Source of the DNA: an uncultured virus (IMG/VR IMGVR_UViG_3300047462_000030)
Taxonomy: Duplodnaviria; Heunggongvirae; Uroviricota; Caudoviricetes
Direction: 5' to 3' (one strand)
IMG/VR virus record: IMGVR_UViG_3300047462_000030
Length of the DNA stretch: 64,000 nt
Below the pieces are notes generated by a model that had not been told where the DNA came from, ran no database searches, and worked only from the letters and a program-made list of their open reading frames with translations. Each line of letters starts with the position of its first letter. Within the stretch, counting starts at the first letter, position 1. Both the position numbers and the translations under genes were made by a program. Shown in pieces: positions 41,628-51,290 of this stretch.

Positions 41628-43576
41628 TCCCAACTCTTATCTTTCTCGGCTTGAATGCCCGCTAACTCTTTCTTGCGCTCAATCTTAAAGTCCTTGAATT
41701 TCTTAAAGAGCCTTGCTTGCTCTTCAGACATCTCAGACGTTTGGCCTTTGATACCGCTCCAGTCGAAATCACCTTGCCATAATTGACCAAATCTGTTTTT
41801 AACTGTAGCAAAAGAAATATACTTATCATAATTTTTCCATTCTGGACCATAGGCTTCCCGCCACAAGGTAATGATACTAGAACAACTCTGTTCAATAAGA
41901 CTTGACCCCTTAACACCTTTAAGACTCATTAGAGGATCAGATACATCAGGTGTTGAATGCTTTTGAGTTTGTAATAATAAAAGAACACATACCTTTAATT
42001 GATTTGCCATATCCTTTAACTGATTAGCAATAAACCCACTATTGGCTGTTGCATCACCATATGGACCTGCAATACATTCTAGATAATCAATAACTACAAA
42101 CCTAACAGGATTACCTTCGCCATTAAGTTTGTTCTGAGCTTGAATTGCTTTCTTAATATCAGCAACAGTTAAACCTGACTGATAGTTAAATGCAATGTTT
42201 TTAATTTTAGGATTAACTTTTTTAAACAAATCCCAAGCTTTTTTCGAATCTACTTTAATAAGATCCATTGCTTCTTTATATGGAATACCAACTTCGTATT
42301 GTAAAAGTTTAGCTGCGTAAATATCTTGACCCATATCCATTTCAAATAACATACTAGGAATGTTAGCCATTGAAGCATTTTTTAATAGCTGGGTTGTAAA
42401 AGCAGTTTTACCAGCACCAGGCTGGCCAAGTAAACCATTAAGAGTACTGGTCGATAAAATAACATTGTTATCAAAAGAAGGTAATCCAGTCTTAATCTGA
42501 TTCTTTTCAAACTCTTGTGCATATACGAGTAAGCTCTCCCACATCTTATCATGAGGTACAGAAGGACCCACTTCTTCTTCGTGATCCTTACAAGCTAAAT
42601 CCCCAAGTGATTCACAATAGCTATGAAGCCATGGATCTTTACTGCAAGTATATTGTCCACCTTGCCATCCGTCTCCAAATACACTTTCTTCAATAATGTT
42701 TTCCCAAAGTTCACTCTTAGAAAATTCATCTCGACCAGTACGTCCCGATTGTTTCTTTAGGGCCGACTTACACATATAATAAGTTGTGTCTTTATCATAA
42801 CCTAACCCACGACAAGTAGCCGCAATAATAAGAAGTGCATGGTGACGTTCACCTTGATCTTCTCCAAAATTACCTTGTAATAAACTCCACTTACAGTTTC
42901 TCCAACCCTCAGCTTTTGTATTCATATCGAATGTATATTTCTTTTTCTTTGCTTCAACATCGACTACAAATAATTCGCTTGTTGGATTGTTAATAACTGG
43001 ACCGTTTGGAAGTAATGCGTCTTTGGCACTTTCTTTAATCTCATCAATTGTAAGAGTTTCTAATTGTTCTTGAGTTAAAGGAATCTTATATAAACCACTT
43101 ACAGGATGTTTTGTACCTGGAACTCTAAAAATACGAGATGCATTATAAATCTTTTTATCAAGAGTTTGTAGACCAGCGCCAATCTTAGTTATAGCAATAT
43201 GGGCAGCTTGCTCTGGAGTAATTTCTTTATTAAGATATGCAACAAGAGAAAACCCCTTGTTACCAGAAAAGAATATTTGAACTTGATCTATTTTAAATTT
43301 CTTAAGTCGATCTATAGCCTCAATTGTATCAAACCTAGCAAGATCCAGATCATTAGCATTATCAAAATCAAACACCAACTCATTAGTGAATACATCTGTA
43401 ATACCAGCTACAGAACCTGTCTTATCAAATCGTATAGCTTGTTCATCATTATACTTAAAGATAGAATAATACTTATCTTTATCATAATTACCACCAATAA
43501 ACTTATCAAGATGCTCAGGCAAAATAAGCTTGCCTTTATCTTGTAAGCCATTAGTAACTCGAATATATTTACTCAT
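41624..43576 (-). CDS. Primase-helicase (AEP prim-pol domain fused to SF4/DnaB-like helicase)
   Basis: VFDFD, FSGNKGF, RIFRVPGTKH; Walker A GQPGAGKT, Walker B VVIDYL, VKNRFG. Confidence 0.9.
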   Translation of the reverse strand: MSKYIRVTNGLQDKGKLILPEHLDKFIGGNYDKDKYYSIFKYNDEQAIRFDKTGSVAGITDVFTNELVFDFDNANDLDLARFDTIEAIDRLKKFKIDQVQIFFSGNKGFSLVAYLNKEITPEQAAHIAITKIGAGLQTLDKKIYNASRIFRVPGTKHPVSGLYKIPLTQEQLETLTIDEIKESAKDALLPNGPVINNPTSELFVVDVEAKKKKYTFDMNTKAEGWRNCKWSLLQGNFGEDQGERHHALLIIAATCRGLGYDKDTTYYMCKSALKKQSGRTGRDEFSKSELWENIIEESVFGDGWQGGQYTCSKDPWLHSYCESLGDLACKDHEEEVGPSVPHDKMWESLLVYAQEFEKNQIKTGLPSFDNNVILSTSTLNGLLGQPGAGKTAFTTQLLKNASMANIPSMLFEMDMGQDIYAAKLLQYEVGIPYKEAMDLIKVDSKKAWDLFKKVNPKIKNIAFNYQSGLTVADIKKAIQAQNKLNGEGNPVRFVVIDYLECIAGPYGDATANSGFIANQLKDMANQLKVCVLLLLQTQKHSTPDVSDPLMSLKGVKGSSLIEQSCSSIITLWREAYGPEWKNYDKYISFATVKNRFGQLWQGDFDWSGIKGQTSEMSEEQARLFKKFKDFKIERKKELAGIQAEKDKSWE

Positions 43577-43667
43577 TATAACTCCTTAGCGTGAAATTGT
43601 TTACTGAAAAACGCCATCCTTGGCATATCAGTTGACTGTATAAAAGGAGGAGATTTAGGCTACAGTC

Positions 43668-43937
43668 TTAGTCTTCTTTTGCTACCGCAACGACTTGGAA
43701 ACGAACAAAGTCAGGGATCTTGTTGATACGTTCTTTAGCTGCTGCTGCGTTATCACCTGAAATCTTTCCAGCCGCAATTGCTGCCTCAAGAGAAGCTAAT
43801 TGGGTAGCTTTGCTCTCAAGGTTAAGAAATTGTCCATTGCTGAGCACATGGGAGCCAGTGACTTTAATATAGTCACCTTTTGAGGGATCTTTTGATTTAA
43901 CTACTGAACCGATTACTGTACGTTTAAACTTTGCCAT
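43668..43937 (-). CDS. Hypothetical protein (possible ssDNA-binding protein)
   Basis: 89 aa, AAGGAG RBS, immediately upstream of the primase-helicase; function inferred from position only. Confidence 0.35.
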   Translation of the reverse strand: MAKFKRTVIGSVVKSKDPSKGDYIKVTGSHVLSNGQFLNLESKATQLASLEAAIAAGKISGDNAAAAKERINKIPDFVRFQVVAVAKED

Positions 43938-44116
43938 TACTAGATACTCCTTCAATGATACCAGATGTATCACCATTTGTTACTAATATTCCATTGTTCT
44001 TTTCTTCATGTTTAATATATGCTAATACTTTATCAATACTATCAAAATACATCATACCCCAAATATGACTACCACTTAAAAGTAAGCCATTATTGATACC
44101 TTCGATATGATAAGTT

Positions 44117-44536
44117 TTATTGTTCACTCTTCACTTCCTCAACTTCAGATTTAGATTCTACCACAGGTTGGGGTGTTTTGTCAAGTGTTTTCTGCTCAGC
44201 AGCTTTCATTTGTGCTTGAGCGTCTGTCAGAATCAACATAACATATTTAGATGTAAGCAGTTGATCTCCAATTTGAAATGCATCTTGTTCAGTCTTAGAA
44301 CGAGTTTTAATTTCTTTTTCATTTAATGGAACTTCAACTAATGCTCCAATTAATCTAATCAAAGCTTTTTTATTAAGATTTTCTAAATGCCGCCTAAAAA
44401 TAGGCATATACATATAGAACATCTGAGCATGTAGATCTTCAGGATTCTGAGCTTCCGTTTCCGCTTTCTTGAGCTGGGTTGCTTCCGCTTTCGTTATTAG
44501 ATCCGTCTTGGGTGCTTGTTGCATTGGACTTGGCAC
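44117..44536 (-). CDS. Hypothetical protein
   Basis: 139 aa ORF in operon. Confidence 0.55.
   Translation of the reverse strand: MPSPMQQAPKTDLITKAEATQLKKAETEAQNPEDLHAQMFYMYMPIFRRHLENLNKKALIRLIGALVEVPLNEKEIKTRSKTEQDAFQIGDQLLTSKYVMLILTDAQAQMKAAEQKTLDKTPQPVVESKSEVEEVKSEQ
44155..44184 (-). promoter_or_regulatory. Sigma70-type promoter
   Basis: TTGACA-N18-TAGAAT with extended -10 TG. Confidence 0.6.
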
Positions 44537-44759
44537 TAGCTGCCTCCTTCTTGGCTTTAATTGCGTTAACTCGTTCTTCTAATACTTCTTTAATCTTTTC
44601 AATTGTTGGATACTCTACTTCAAAACCTTTAAATTCTTTACCAGATATAATGTTTGTCTTTTCAACTCGTTGTCCCTTAAGAACTTTTTGCCAAGTAGAA
44701 GTTTTACCAAATACTTCTTTAGATAGCGAATTCAAATGCAGACGTTCGTCCTTGGTCAT
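44439..44759 (-). CDS. Hypothetical protein
   Basis: 106 aa, AAGGAG RBS. Confidence 0.55.
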   Translation of the reverse strand: MTKDERLHLNSLSKEVFGKTSTWQKVLKGQRVEKTNIISGKEFKGFEVEYPTIEKIKEVLEERVNAIKAKKEAASAKSNATSTQDGSNNESGSNPAQESGNGSSES

Positions 44760-44979
44760 TATTAACTCCTTCTGCTATATTAAGTAATTGAGATACAAGA
44801 TCAAATGATTCATTAACAACAAAACTTTGATTGTCATTTGTATATATAAGTGTTTTGGTAATATCATCATAGGGTTGAATATAAACAATTTTATTTACAA
44901 ATAATCTAACTGGGATTTCAGTAGTTGCATTTGTGTTATAATCATAGCTAGATTTATGTAATACAATAGACTTACTCAT
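44719..44979 (-). CDS. Hypothetical protein (FlbD-like pattern)
   Basis: LFVNKIVYIQP..TLIYTNDNQSFVVNESF. Confidence 0.4.
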   Translation of the reverse strand: MSKSIVLHKSSYDYNTNATTEIPVRLFVNKIVYIQPYDDITKTLIYTNDNQSFVVNESFDLVSQLLNIAEGVNNDQGRTSAFEFAI

Positions 44980-45180
44980 TTTTCCTCCACACATTTTTCT
45001 TTATCTACAATAACTTTATCGTAGTTTCCTTCATAACCTTTTTCTTTAGCTTGTTTAGAAAAATCAATTAAATATCTATGTTCATTAGAAGCTAATACTT
45101 TACCTTCAACATTAGCTTGAGATACCCATCCAATTCCACTATTCATTACTACAACAGTAATTGCACAAACTACTAACATA

Positions 45181-45756
45181 TTACTCCCAACCAGAATTTG
45201 TAGATGATGTACCTTTACCGGATGCATCTCCAGTAACCCCAACACCTTTATTAGATGCTAAAGCATGATTAGAGCCACTAGCATTAATACCGTCTTGTAA
45301 CGCGTTATTGGCCTTTGTAGCAGGTTTTCTAAAAGAAGGCTTAACAACTGGTGCAACGGCAGGAGCTTCAGCTACAACCGCTAATGGAGCGTCTGCAAGG
45401 CGTGTACCTTCTTCAAAGTCTTGTTGAGCAAATTGAGTACCATATCCAAGATAAGCTAATGCACGACCTAACGATCCTGTTTCAGCTTTCTCAATAAAGT
45501 CTGGAAAGTCTTTCTTTGTTTCTTTCTTTGTGGCAGTAACTCGTTTTGTAGCACGACCGTCTTTATCAAAGATAGTAAGAGTAGTGTGAGCTACACAAGA
45601 TTCTTCAGTCAAAGTCAAGAAGTTTGTTTCTATTGAATAATGTGGCACTTCTTCTACAAACCAAAGCAATCTATTTGCAACAATCAAATAGTCTTTACCT
45701 TTAAGATTCATTAAAGCTAATTCTGTACCTTTAGTAGTTTTAAATGTTTTACTCAT
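45181..45756 (-). CDS. Rad52/Sak-like single-strand annealing protein
   Basis: KGKDYLIVANRLLWF..EKAETGSLGRALAYLGYG. Confidence 0.65.
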   Translation of the reverse strand: MSKTFKTTKGTELALMNLKGKDYLIVANRLLWFVEEVPHYSIETNFLTLTEESCVAHTTLTIFDKDGRATKRVTATKKETKKDFPDFIEKAETGSLGRALAYLGYGTQFAQQDFEEGTRLADAPLAVVAEAPAVAPVVKPSFRKPATKANNALQDGINASGSNHALASNKGVGVTGDASGKGTSSTNSGWE

Positions 45757-45940
45757 TTTTCTTTATCCTTTGTCAAAAATATAAGGTTACGTTCGCCAAT
45801 TAAACTAATAAGATATAACATAACAAGAGTTATTGCGTGCATAGGTGATAGCGTATACACTAAATGCAAGAATGTTAAACTCATAGCTAATCTTGCAACT
45901 AGGATAACTGCTGCTGTTGTAACTAAAGCAATTCTATTCA

Positions 45941-46168
45941 TTAGATCATTAACTCTTTTGCAACAGTAATACGAAACATTTCTTCGGCCATCATACGATA
46001 ACCGCCAGTGTGGACGTGTTCAATAACTTTAGCTTCACCCGAGACTGGATCATAAGCTACTTTAATAACTTCCCATTCAGATGTTTTTTGATTTTTAGCA
46101 ATGCCAAATGCAATCTCTGGTAATTTTACTTCTTCTAAATCATCACCATTGTTTTGTTTATCACTCAT
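45941..46168 (-). CDS. Hypothetical protein
   Basis: 75 aa, AAGGAG RBS, first gene after a promoter. Confidence 0.6.
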   Translation of the reverse strand: MSDKQNNGDDLEEVKLPEIAFGIAKNQKTSEWEVIKVAYDPVSGEAKVIEHVHTGGYRMMAEEMFRITVAKELMI

Positions 46169-46193
46169 TTATTTCTCCTTTTGATTATGAAAC

Positions 46194-46222
46194 ATCATAA
46201 CATAGATTTGTATAAATGTCAA
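46194..46222 (-). promoter_or_regulatory. Sigma70-type promoter
   Basis: TTGACA-N17-TATGAT, intergenic. Confidence 0.75.
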
Positions 46223-46225
46223 GAA

Positions 46226-46930
46226 CTATCTGTAACACATTTCTTGAACTAGAGATTTTGTATAAGCTGCGGTAGCTTGTGAAGTACCGCTCATGTATCC
46301 ATACTTGTTGCCTGGTAGTGTTGAGAATATCTTTTCTCCAACTGCCCATTTCATCTCAGGTATTCCGTAATCAGAAAAGCTAAGTTTATAATCATCTTGA
46401 CCTAATGCACCAACTGCTGTCTCATTAGGAAGTCTATAGCAAGCAGGGAAATATCCAAAGCAAGGAGATCCTAAATTCTTATCGTGATTACCAGCAGCTA
46501 CAACAATCTTGATACCAGCATCACTAACTTTCTTAAGAATTGCATACTCTTCATCTGAAGATTGATCTCCACCACCGGAAAAGTTAACAATATCAATATG
46601 TTCTTTCAGCGCACGATTAAAACAATATGTAAGTTTATCAAATTGTCCTGCACCTTTAAAGAAAGCTTTGCAAGAAATGATATGTAAATATGGACACTTA
46701 GCTCCCGCTATTATACCTGCGATATGAGTACCATGACCATAATCATCATCGTAATCTTCATACGGTCCATAAGGTTCTACATAAGGCATAAGATCTATAT
46801 GGTTACGATCAACACCTGTATCAACCACCATAACTCTTATATCTTTAGCTTGGCTATCACAAGAATGCCCCACTAAGAATAATATCATACCAAACATAAT
46901 TAAATAAATAGCTTTGTTACTGAGGCACAT
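46226..46930 (-). CDS. Subtilisin-family (S8) serine peptidase with signal/TM segment
   Basis: VVDTG (Asp), HGTHIAG (His), AAGN (oxyanion Asn), SGTSQA (Ser); hydrophobic N-terminus. Confidence 0.9.
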   Translation of the reverse strand: MCLSNKAIYLIMFGMILFLVGHSCDSQAKDIRVMVVDTGVDRNHIDLMPYVEPYGPYEDYDDDYGHGTHIAGIIAGAKCPYLHIISCKAFFKGAGQFDKLTYCFNRALKEHIDIVNFSGGGDQSSDEEYAILKKVSDAGIKIVVAAGNHDKNLGSPCFGYFPACYRLPNETAVGALGQDDYKLSFSDYGIPEMKWAVGEKIFSTLPGNKYGYMSGTSQATAAYTKSLVQEMCYR

Positions 46931-47429
46931 TGTCACCTTCCAAACATATCTTAGCACGAGTTACATCAAATGTCAAGTTTAATTGTCCACGTAATACTTC
47001 TACTTGTACAACACTACCAGGCTCACCGCGAATATTACCAGCATTTAATATGACATCGCCTGATTGTATACCCGCGTTTGCGGCGGGATATCCAGCATAA
47101 GCTTCATATATTTCTCCTCTACCATTGGCATATAATACTCCAATGCCTCCAAAAAATAACTTACAAGTTGATTTCTTTTTAGATTCTTTTTTCTTACCTG
47201 GACCTTTATCTTTATGTGCGGGTTGTTCTACAAGTGTAACTTCTGTAGGCTTTTCAACTATATGCTTACCATCTAAATCATCTGGAGGTAATCCACTTTC
47301 TTTCTTTGTTGGATCTCCAGTTTGCGGAGCGCCACCTTTACCACCATGATTTACAACGCTAATAAAACATAGAGCGTGTAAAATACCACTAACCACAAAT
47401 GCTTGCTTAATAGACACCTTGGTCCTCAT
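46917..47429 (-). CDS. Membrane-anchored PDZ-domain protein
   Basis: TonB-like TM SGILHAL; FGGIG carboxylate-binding loop, PAANAGIQSGDVI, IRGEPGSVVQVEVLRG as in CtpA-type PDZ domains. Confidence 0.75.
   Translation of the reverse strand: MRTKVSIKQAFVVSGILHALCFISVVNHGGKGGAPQTGDPTKKESGLPPDDLDGKHIVEKPTEVTLVEQPAHKDKGPGKKKESKKKSTCKLFFGGIGVLYANGRGEIYEAYAGYPAANAGIQSGDVILNAGNIRGEPGSVVQVEVLRGQLNLTFDVTRAKICLEGDNVPQ
46948..46976 (-). promoter_or_regulatory. Sigma70-type promoter upstream of the S8 peptidase
   Basis: TTGACA-N17-TAAGAT with extended -10 TG. Confidence 0.6.
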
Positions 47430-47638
47430 CTCTTCTTTTAAGAACAGAATTTTCTATTATTTCAATTTCCTTTAATGCATTATTTATTTCAAATAATGCT
47501 CCATCAATTATAGAATAACTTTCCATAGATTTTAAATGAACAGAACAAAATTTTAAAGCATCTGTTGCAATCTTTAATTGTTTTTCCATGCCTGGCAATA
47601 AATCATAAGCTAATTCCATAGCAACTTGTTTATACATA

Positions 47639-48625
47639 TTATCTTTCATTTGGTTCTCTTAAATCAACAAGACCCTCCATGTCTCCAGTTTCACAATACT
47701 TTTTATAAATACAAGGTCCAAACTTAGAATAACACCCATTCTCACCACATTTAAAATCACCTAACTCTATAGCATTATTGACTTTATCAAACTCACTTAT
47801 AACTCTCATTTCATCTTCTTCTTTGATTTCCGAAAAGATAATATCAATATCAACAGATGGTTTAATAGAATGCGTCCAATCGCCACAACAACGAGTACCA
47901 TTGACAATAGCATTACAAGTTTTGTGCATACCATTACCCCCGTGACCACATTTGACACAAACTTTACTCCTATTCTTATTAATGTTTTTATCCATTACAA
48001 TGAAACCACAACCATCTAATTTGATGTTATCCTTCTCAATGTAATGATACAAAGCCAATTGATTGCTTTCACGAACAGAATCTTTTTTATACTTAACTGT
48101 ACTTGTCTTGTTATCTATAAGATATGTCTTACCATTTTCCCATACTACAATAGCGTCAAGTAACCCATAAATCTCATCATCAGCTTCATTCTTAAGTGAT
48201 ACACGTTTTTGTACACTGATAACATCTTTTATCTTAGGCATAACTTTTTCATTGTAAGCCTCTAACATTAGCTTACCCTTTAGACATAATGAATCCCAAG
48301 CTTGATTAGGAGACCAAGCTCCTCCGAAGTATTGTAATAACTCTTCATCGTAATCTTTTTTTGTGTATGTAACTAGATCTGAATATTCAGCATTTACAAG
48401 TTTGCCATTAATATGAGTAGTTTGCATACAAAGTGAAAAAGTATGTTGGGCCTTATCTAAATCTCTTTCTAATAGCAATACGTTTAAAGCTTCATCAAGC
48501 GCGTGTCCAAATAGAAATGCTGATTTAGTTTTAGCAGGTCTAATCTTGCGAATGTAATGAAGAAAGTATTTCTTTGGTGCCTCTAAAAACATACTCATTC
48601 CAGTGTGGCTTAGTCTTGTTTTCAT
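47639..48625 (-). CDS. PD-(D/E)XK exonuclease (RecB/Cas4-like)
   Basis: RLSHT..FGHALD..IYGLLDAIV..IDNKT..QLALY..C-terminal Cys cluster. Confidence 0.85.
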   Translation of the reverse strand: MKTRLSHTGMSMFLEAPKKYFLHYIRKIRPAKTKSAFLFGHALDEALNVLLLERDLDKAQHTFSLCMQTTHINGKLVNAEYSDLVTYTKKDYDEELLQYFGGAWSPNQAWDSLCLKGKLMLEAYNEKVMPKIKDVISVQKRVSLKNEADDEIYGLLDAIVVWENGKTYLIDNKTSTVKYKKDSVRESNQLALYHYIEKDNIKLDGCGFIVMDKNINKNRSKVCVKCGHGGNGMHKTCNAIVNGTRCCGDWTHSIKPSVDIDIIFSEIKEEDEMRVISEFDKVNNAIELGDFKCGENGCYSKFGPCIYKKYCETGDMEGLVDLREPNER

Positions 48626-48813
48626 ATAATCCATTTCGTCATGTTATCAGCTAAAACAGGATTAGATTCCCTAATCCATTTTAATATCATATACTTATTG
48701 ATAGTGGGGTTTTGTTGTAAAAAGAATTGAACCTGTGCCACCATGTAACGTACATCTTGTGTACTTTTTGCAATCTTATTTATAATTGCTTCAGCTTCCT
48801 CATCTGTTACCAT
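48622..48813 (-). CDS. Hypothetical protein (paralog of 48813..48995)
   Basis: Shared P-x-[IL]-x-K-x-x-I-x-x-W-x-R-E-x-x-P-[VI]-L-A. Confidence 0.55.
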   Translation of the reverse strand: MVTDEEAEAIINKIAKSTQDVRYMVAQVQFFLQQNPTINKYMILKWIRESNPVLADNMTKWII

Positions 48814-48995
48814 TACACATATCCCTCAAGAGCATACGCTAATATTGGGTCAACTTCACGAGACCATTCAATAATTTGTTTTTTTGTAAGAGCCGGATAA
48901 CGTTTCATAAGTATTTTAAAACGTTTAACTGTGGCAGGTACGTTTGAACGTCCCGTGCTAGCAATATCCATTACAAGCTTTTTAACTTCATTCAT
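48813..48995 (-). CDS. Hypothetical protein (paralog of 48622..48813)
   Basis: Same shared motif. Confidence 0.55.
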   Translation of the reverse strand: MNEVKKLVMDIASTGRSNVPATVKRFKILMKRYPALTKKQIIEWSREVDPILAYALEGYV

Positions 48996-49278
48996 TTGTA
49001 ATACTTCTTACATTCCTATGCCAAAAATGTTGATCTGAAGTAAACCATATCATACCGCACCAGATACTCTCTTTTCATCCCAAGGTTGTAATTCTTCTTT
49101 ACCTTGTAATTCATATTCAATTGGATAATGGAAATATAAACCTTTAGATTTTTTATCTAATACTTTACATCGTTCTTCTGCCTCAAGTTCATTAGCCCAT
49201 GCCTCTACAATGTAATCACCGTTATTGTTCTCTGGGCACCACGCATCTTGGCAGTTAATAAGATATATTTTTTTCATA

Positions 49279-49620
49279 TTAAAAGTTCCACACTAAACTA
49301 AGTGTTTGTGAATCTGGAGCAGCTTCAATCTTTAATTGATCCACAAACGGTTTAACAGATGTTGCAATAGTTATTTTTTTACTATATACCATATATAATC
49401 CAGCGCCTACTACCCATGGTTTTTCTCCAGTCATATCAATAACTTTAGGTTGATAATACTTTTGTTGTTGATCTACAAATGTGTCAACACTTTGACCAAC
49501 ACCTGATTGCATTGCCGCAGACTTAGTGGCTGCCATACAAGCAGGTACAAATGCAGGGCTTTGAACTTGAGCATTTATATCGTTGCAAAATATAATTAGC
49601 AATGACGCGATATAATTCAT
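49279..49620 (-). CDS. Hypothetical exported protein
   Basis: Hydrophobic N-terminus; C-terminal beta-strand ending in Phe. Confidence 0.5.
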   Translation of the reverse strand: MNYIASLLIIFCNDINAQVQSPAFVPACMAATKSAAMQSGVGQSVDTFVDQQQKYYQPKVIDMTGEKPWVVGAGLYMVYSKKITIATSVKPFVDQLKIEAAPDSQTLSLVWNF

Positions 49621-49648
49621 TCATACCTTTTTGCTTAATGCTTTTTCC

Positions 49649-49676
49649 ATTATACCACAACAGGCGTTTATGTCAA
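49649..49676 (-). promoter_or_regulatory. Sigma70-type promoter
   Basis: TTGACA-N16-TATAAT with extended -10 TG. Confidence 0.7.
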
Positions 49677-50037
49677 GTGAATTTTTATAGGCGTCAATAT
49701 ATTTGACTAGATCTTCTATTCCATTGCCTGTTACTAATAACTTATCCATAGTGGCATTAGGAATAGGTATAGACAACATTGGTTCTATTTTAACTTCTGT
49801 ATTTTCAAAAATGTTCCAAGAATATTTTTTTCTCATTTCAAATATAGTGGTATCACTAGCTTCATCTTTAACTATATTTATACTTGTGCCGTAATACCAA
49901 ACTTCTAAAATATTTTTAAAACTATATCCCATATTTTTATCCCAAAGTATTCCAAGCGTGCTTGGGTCGAGCATGCCATAAGACATTCTCATAAACCCAG
50001 CCCAACCTTTCTGACAATTTAAAACAGTGACTATTAT

Positions 50038-50637
50038 TTACTCTATTGACCAATCTATAGGCTTATGGCCAAACAGCTCTAGATACTTATTAGTTCTGCT
50101 AAAAGGCTTAGAGCCTAAGAAACCTTTGTTGGCGCTAAATGGACTAGGATGTGTTGATGTTAATACAGCATGTGTATGATAGTCTATTAACTCTTTTTTC
50201 TTTTTAGCTTTGTTACCCCACAATAGGAATACAATAGGCTGTGTCTTATGAATGATGCTACAATCGCTTATAAGCTTGTCTGTTACACTTTCCCATCCTA
50301 TGTCAGCATGTGACATGGGTTTACCCTTCTCGACTGTTAGGATAGGGTTTAAGAGCAATACGCCTTGTTCTACCCATTTAGTTAGATCACCATGCGTAGG
50401 CATTGCACACCCTATATCTGATACAAGTTCTTTATATATATTACGAAGGCTAGGGGGTATTGGATAACCTTTGTTAACAGAGAAGGCTAAGCCATTAGCT
50501 GCACCTTCTGTGTGGTATGGATCTTGACCTAAGATAACAACCTTGGCGGCATACAAAGGACAAAGTTCTATAGCTCTATACACAACATCTTTGGGCGGAT
50601 AAACATCTGGATGCGCATAAAGATAATTAAGATCCAT
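50038..50637 (-). CDS. ung: Uracil-DNA glycosylase, family 1
   Basis: GQDPYH, GLAFSV, PPSLRNI, QGVLLLN, LWG, HPSP. Confidence 0.95.
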   Translation of the reverse strand: MDLNYLYAHPDVYPPKDVVYRAIELCPLYAAKVVILGQDPYHTEGAANGLAFSVNKGYPIPPSLRNIYKELVSDIGCAMPTHGDLTKWVEQGVLLLNPILTVEKGKPMSHADIGWESVTDKLISDCSIIHKTQPIVFLLWGNKAKKKKELIDYHTHAVLTSTHPSPFSANKGFLGSKPFSRTNKYLELFGHKPIDWSIE

Positions 50638-50863
50638 TACTTACGTCTCTTTCTTTTTTTAGGTTTTATAGATTCATTATCATATACAAAAAATATTGCA
50701 GATATAAATAATATTAAAAATAAAGTGACACCTAATCCAATTTCAGGATTTAAATAAGTACTGGCTAAAACAAACGTACCTATCATAATTCCACATATAG
50801 TAAATAGAACAATCAAACTAACTATTGAAAGTAAAAAAGCTAATCCTATATTTTTTAAATGTT

Positions 50864-51145
50864 TCATTTCTTCTTACCTTTCTTTTTAGGATAATAAATA
50901 CATGAATCATTTAAACATAACTGTAATTCATCTGCGCTGAAGTAATGATTATCAACGTCAACGTTTCTATAGTTACATTCAACTTCAGTTACATTGTACT
51001 TATCTGTACCTATCATACCAGTTACAACACCATTACAATTACCATAGAAGTCATCATATCTAAATGATACCTTATCACCGAAATGAAACTTAAGCGTACT
51101 TGCATTAGCAGTACAACACAATAACAATAAGAATAAGTATTTCAT
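50864..51145 (-). CDS. Exported SH3/KOW-like hypothetical protein
   Basis: Signal-like N-terminus followed by KFHFGDKVSF. Confidence 0.5.
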   Translation of the reverse strand: MKYLFLLLLCCTANASTLKFHFGDKVSFRYDDFYGNCNGVVTGMIGTDKYNVTEVECNYRNVDVDNHYFSADELQLCLNDSCIYYPKKKGKKK

Positions 51146-51156
51146 AATAACTCCAT

Positions 51157-51280
51157 TGGTATAGGGGGCGGGATTGGAGGCCCACCCCCATAGTTAATTC
51201 GTGGTTGGATAACATTACATTAGCATCGCACACGCTTATGTTTACACGTTACCTAAGTTGCAACCACACTTCGTACCCCA
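51157..51280 (-). ncRNA. Putative structured RNA
   Basis: Minus strand GTGGTTG/CAACCAC stem and GGGGGTGGG/CCCGCCCCC hairpin; ends in ACCA; no ORF. Confidence 0.4.
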
Positions 51281-51290
51281 CATATCTCTC

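Noticed and set aside
47639..48625. Cas4-like nuclease as evidence of CRISPR-Cas
   Set aside because: No repeat-spacer array or other cas genes seen; the nearby annealing protein fits a recombination exonuclease
51157..51190. Canonical tRNA or tmRNA 3' end
   Set aside because: Ends in ACCA but lacks a TTC T-loop and a matching acceptor stem; kept only as an unclassified structure
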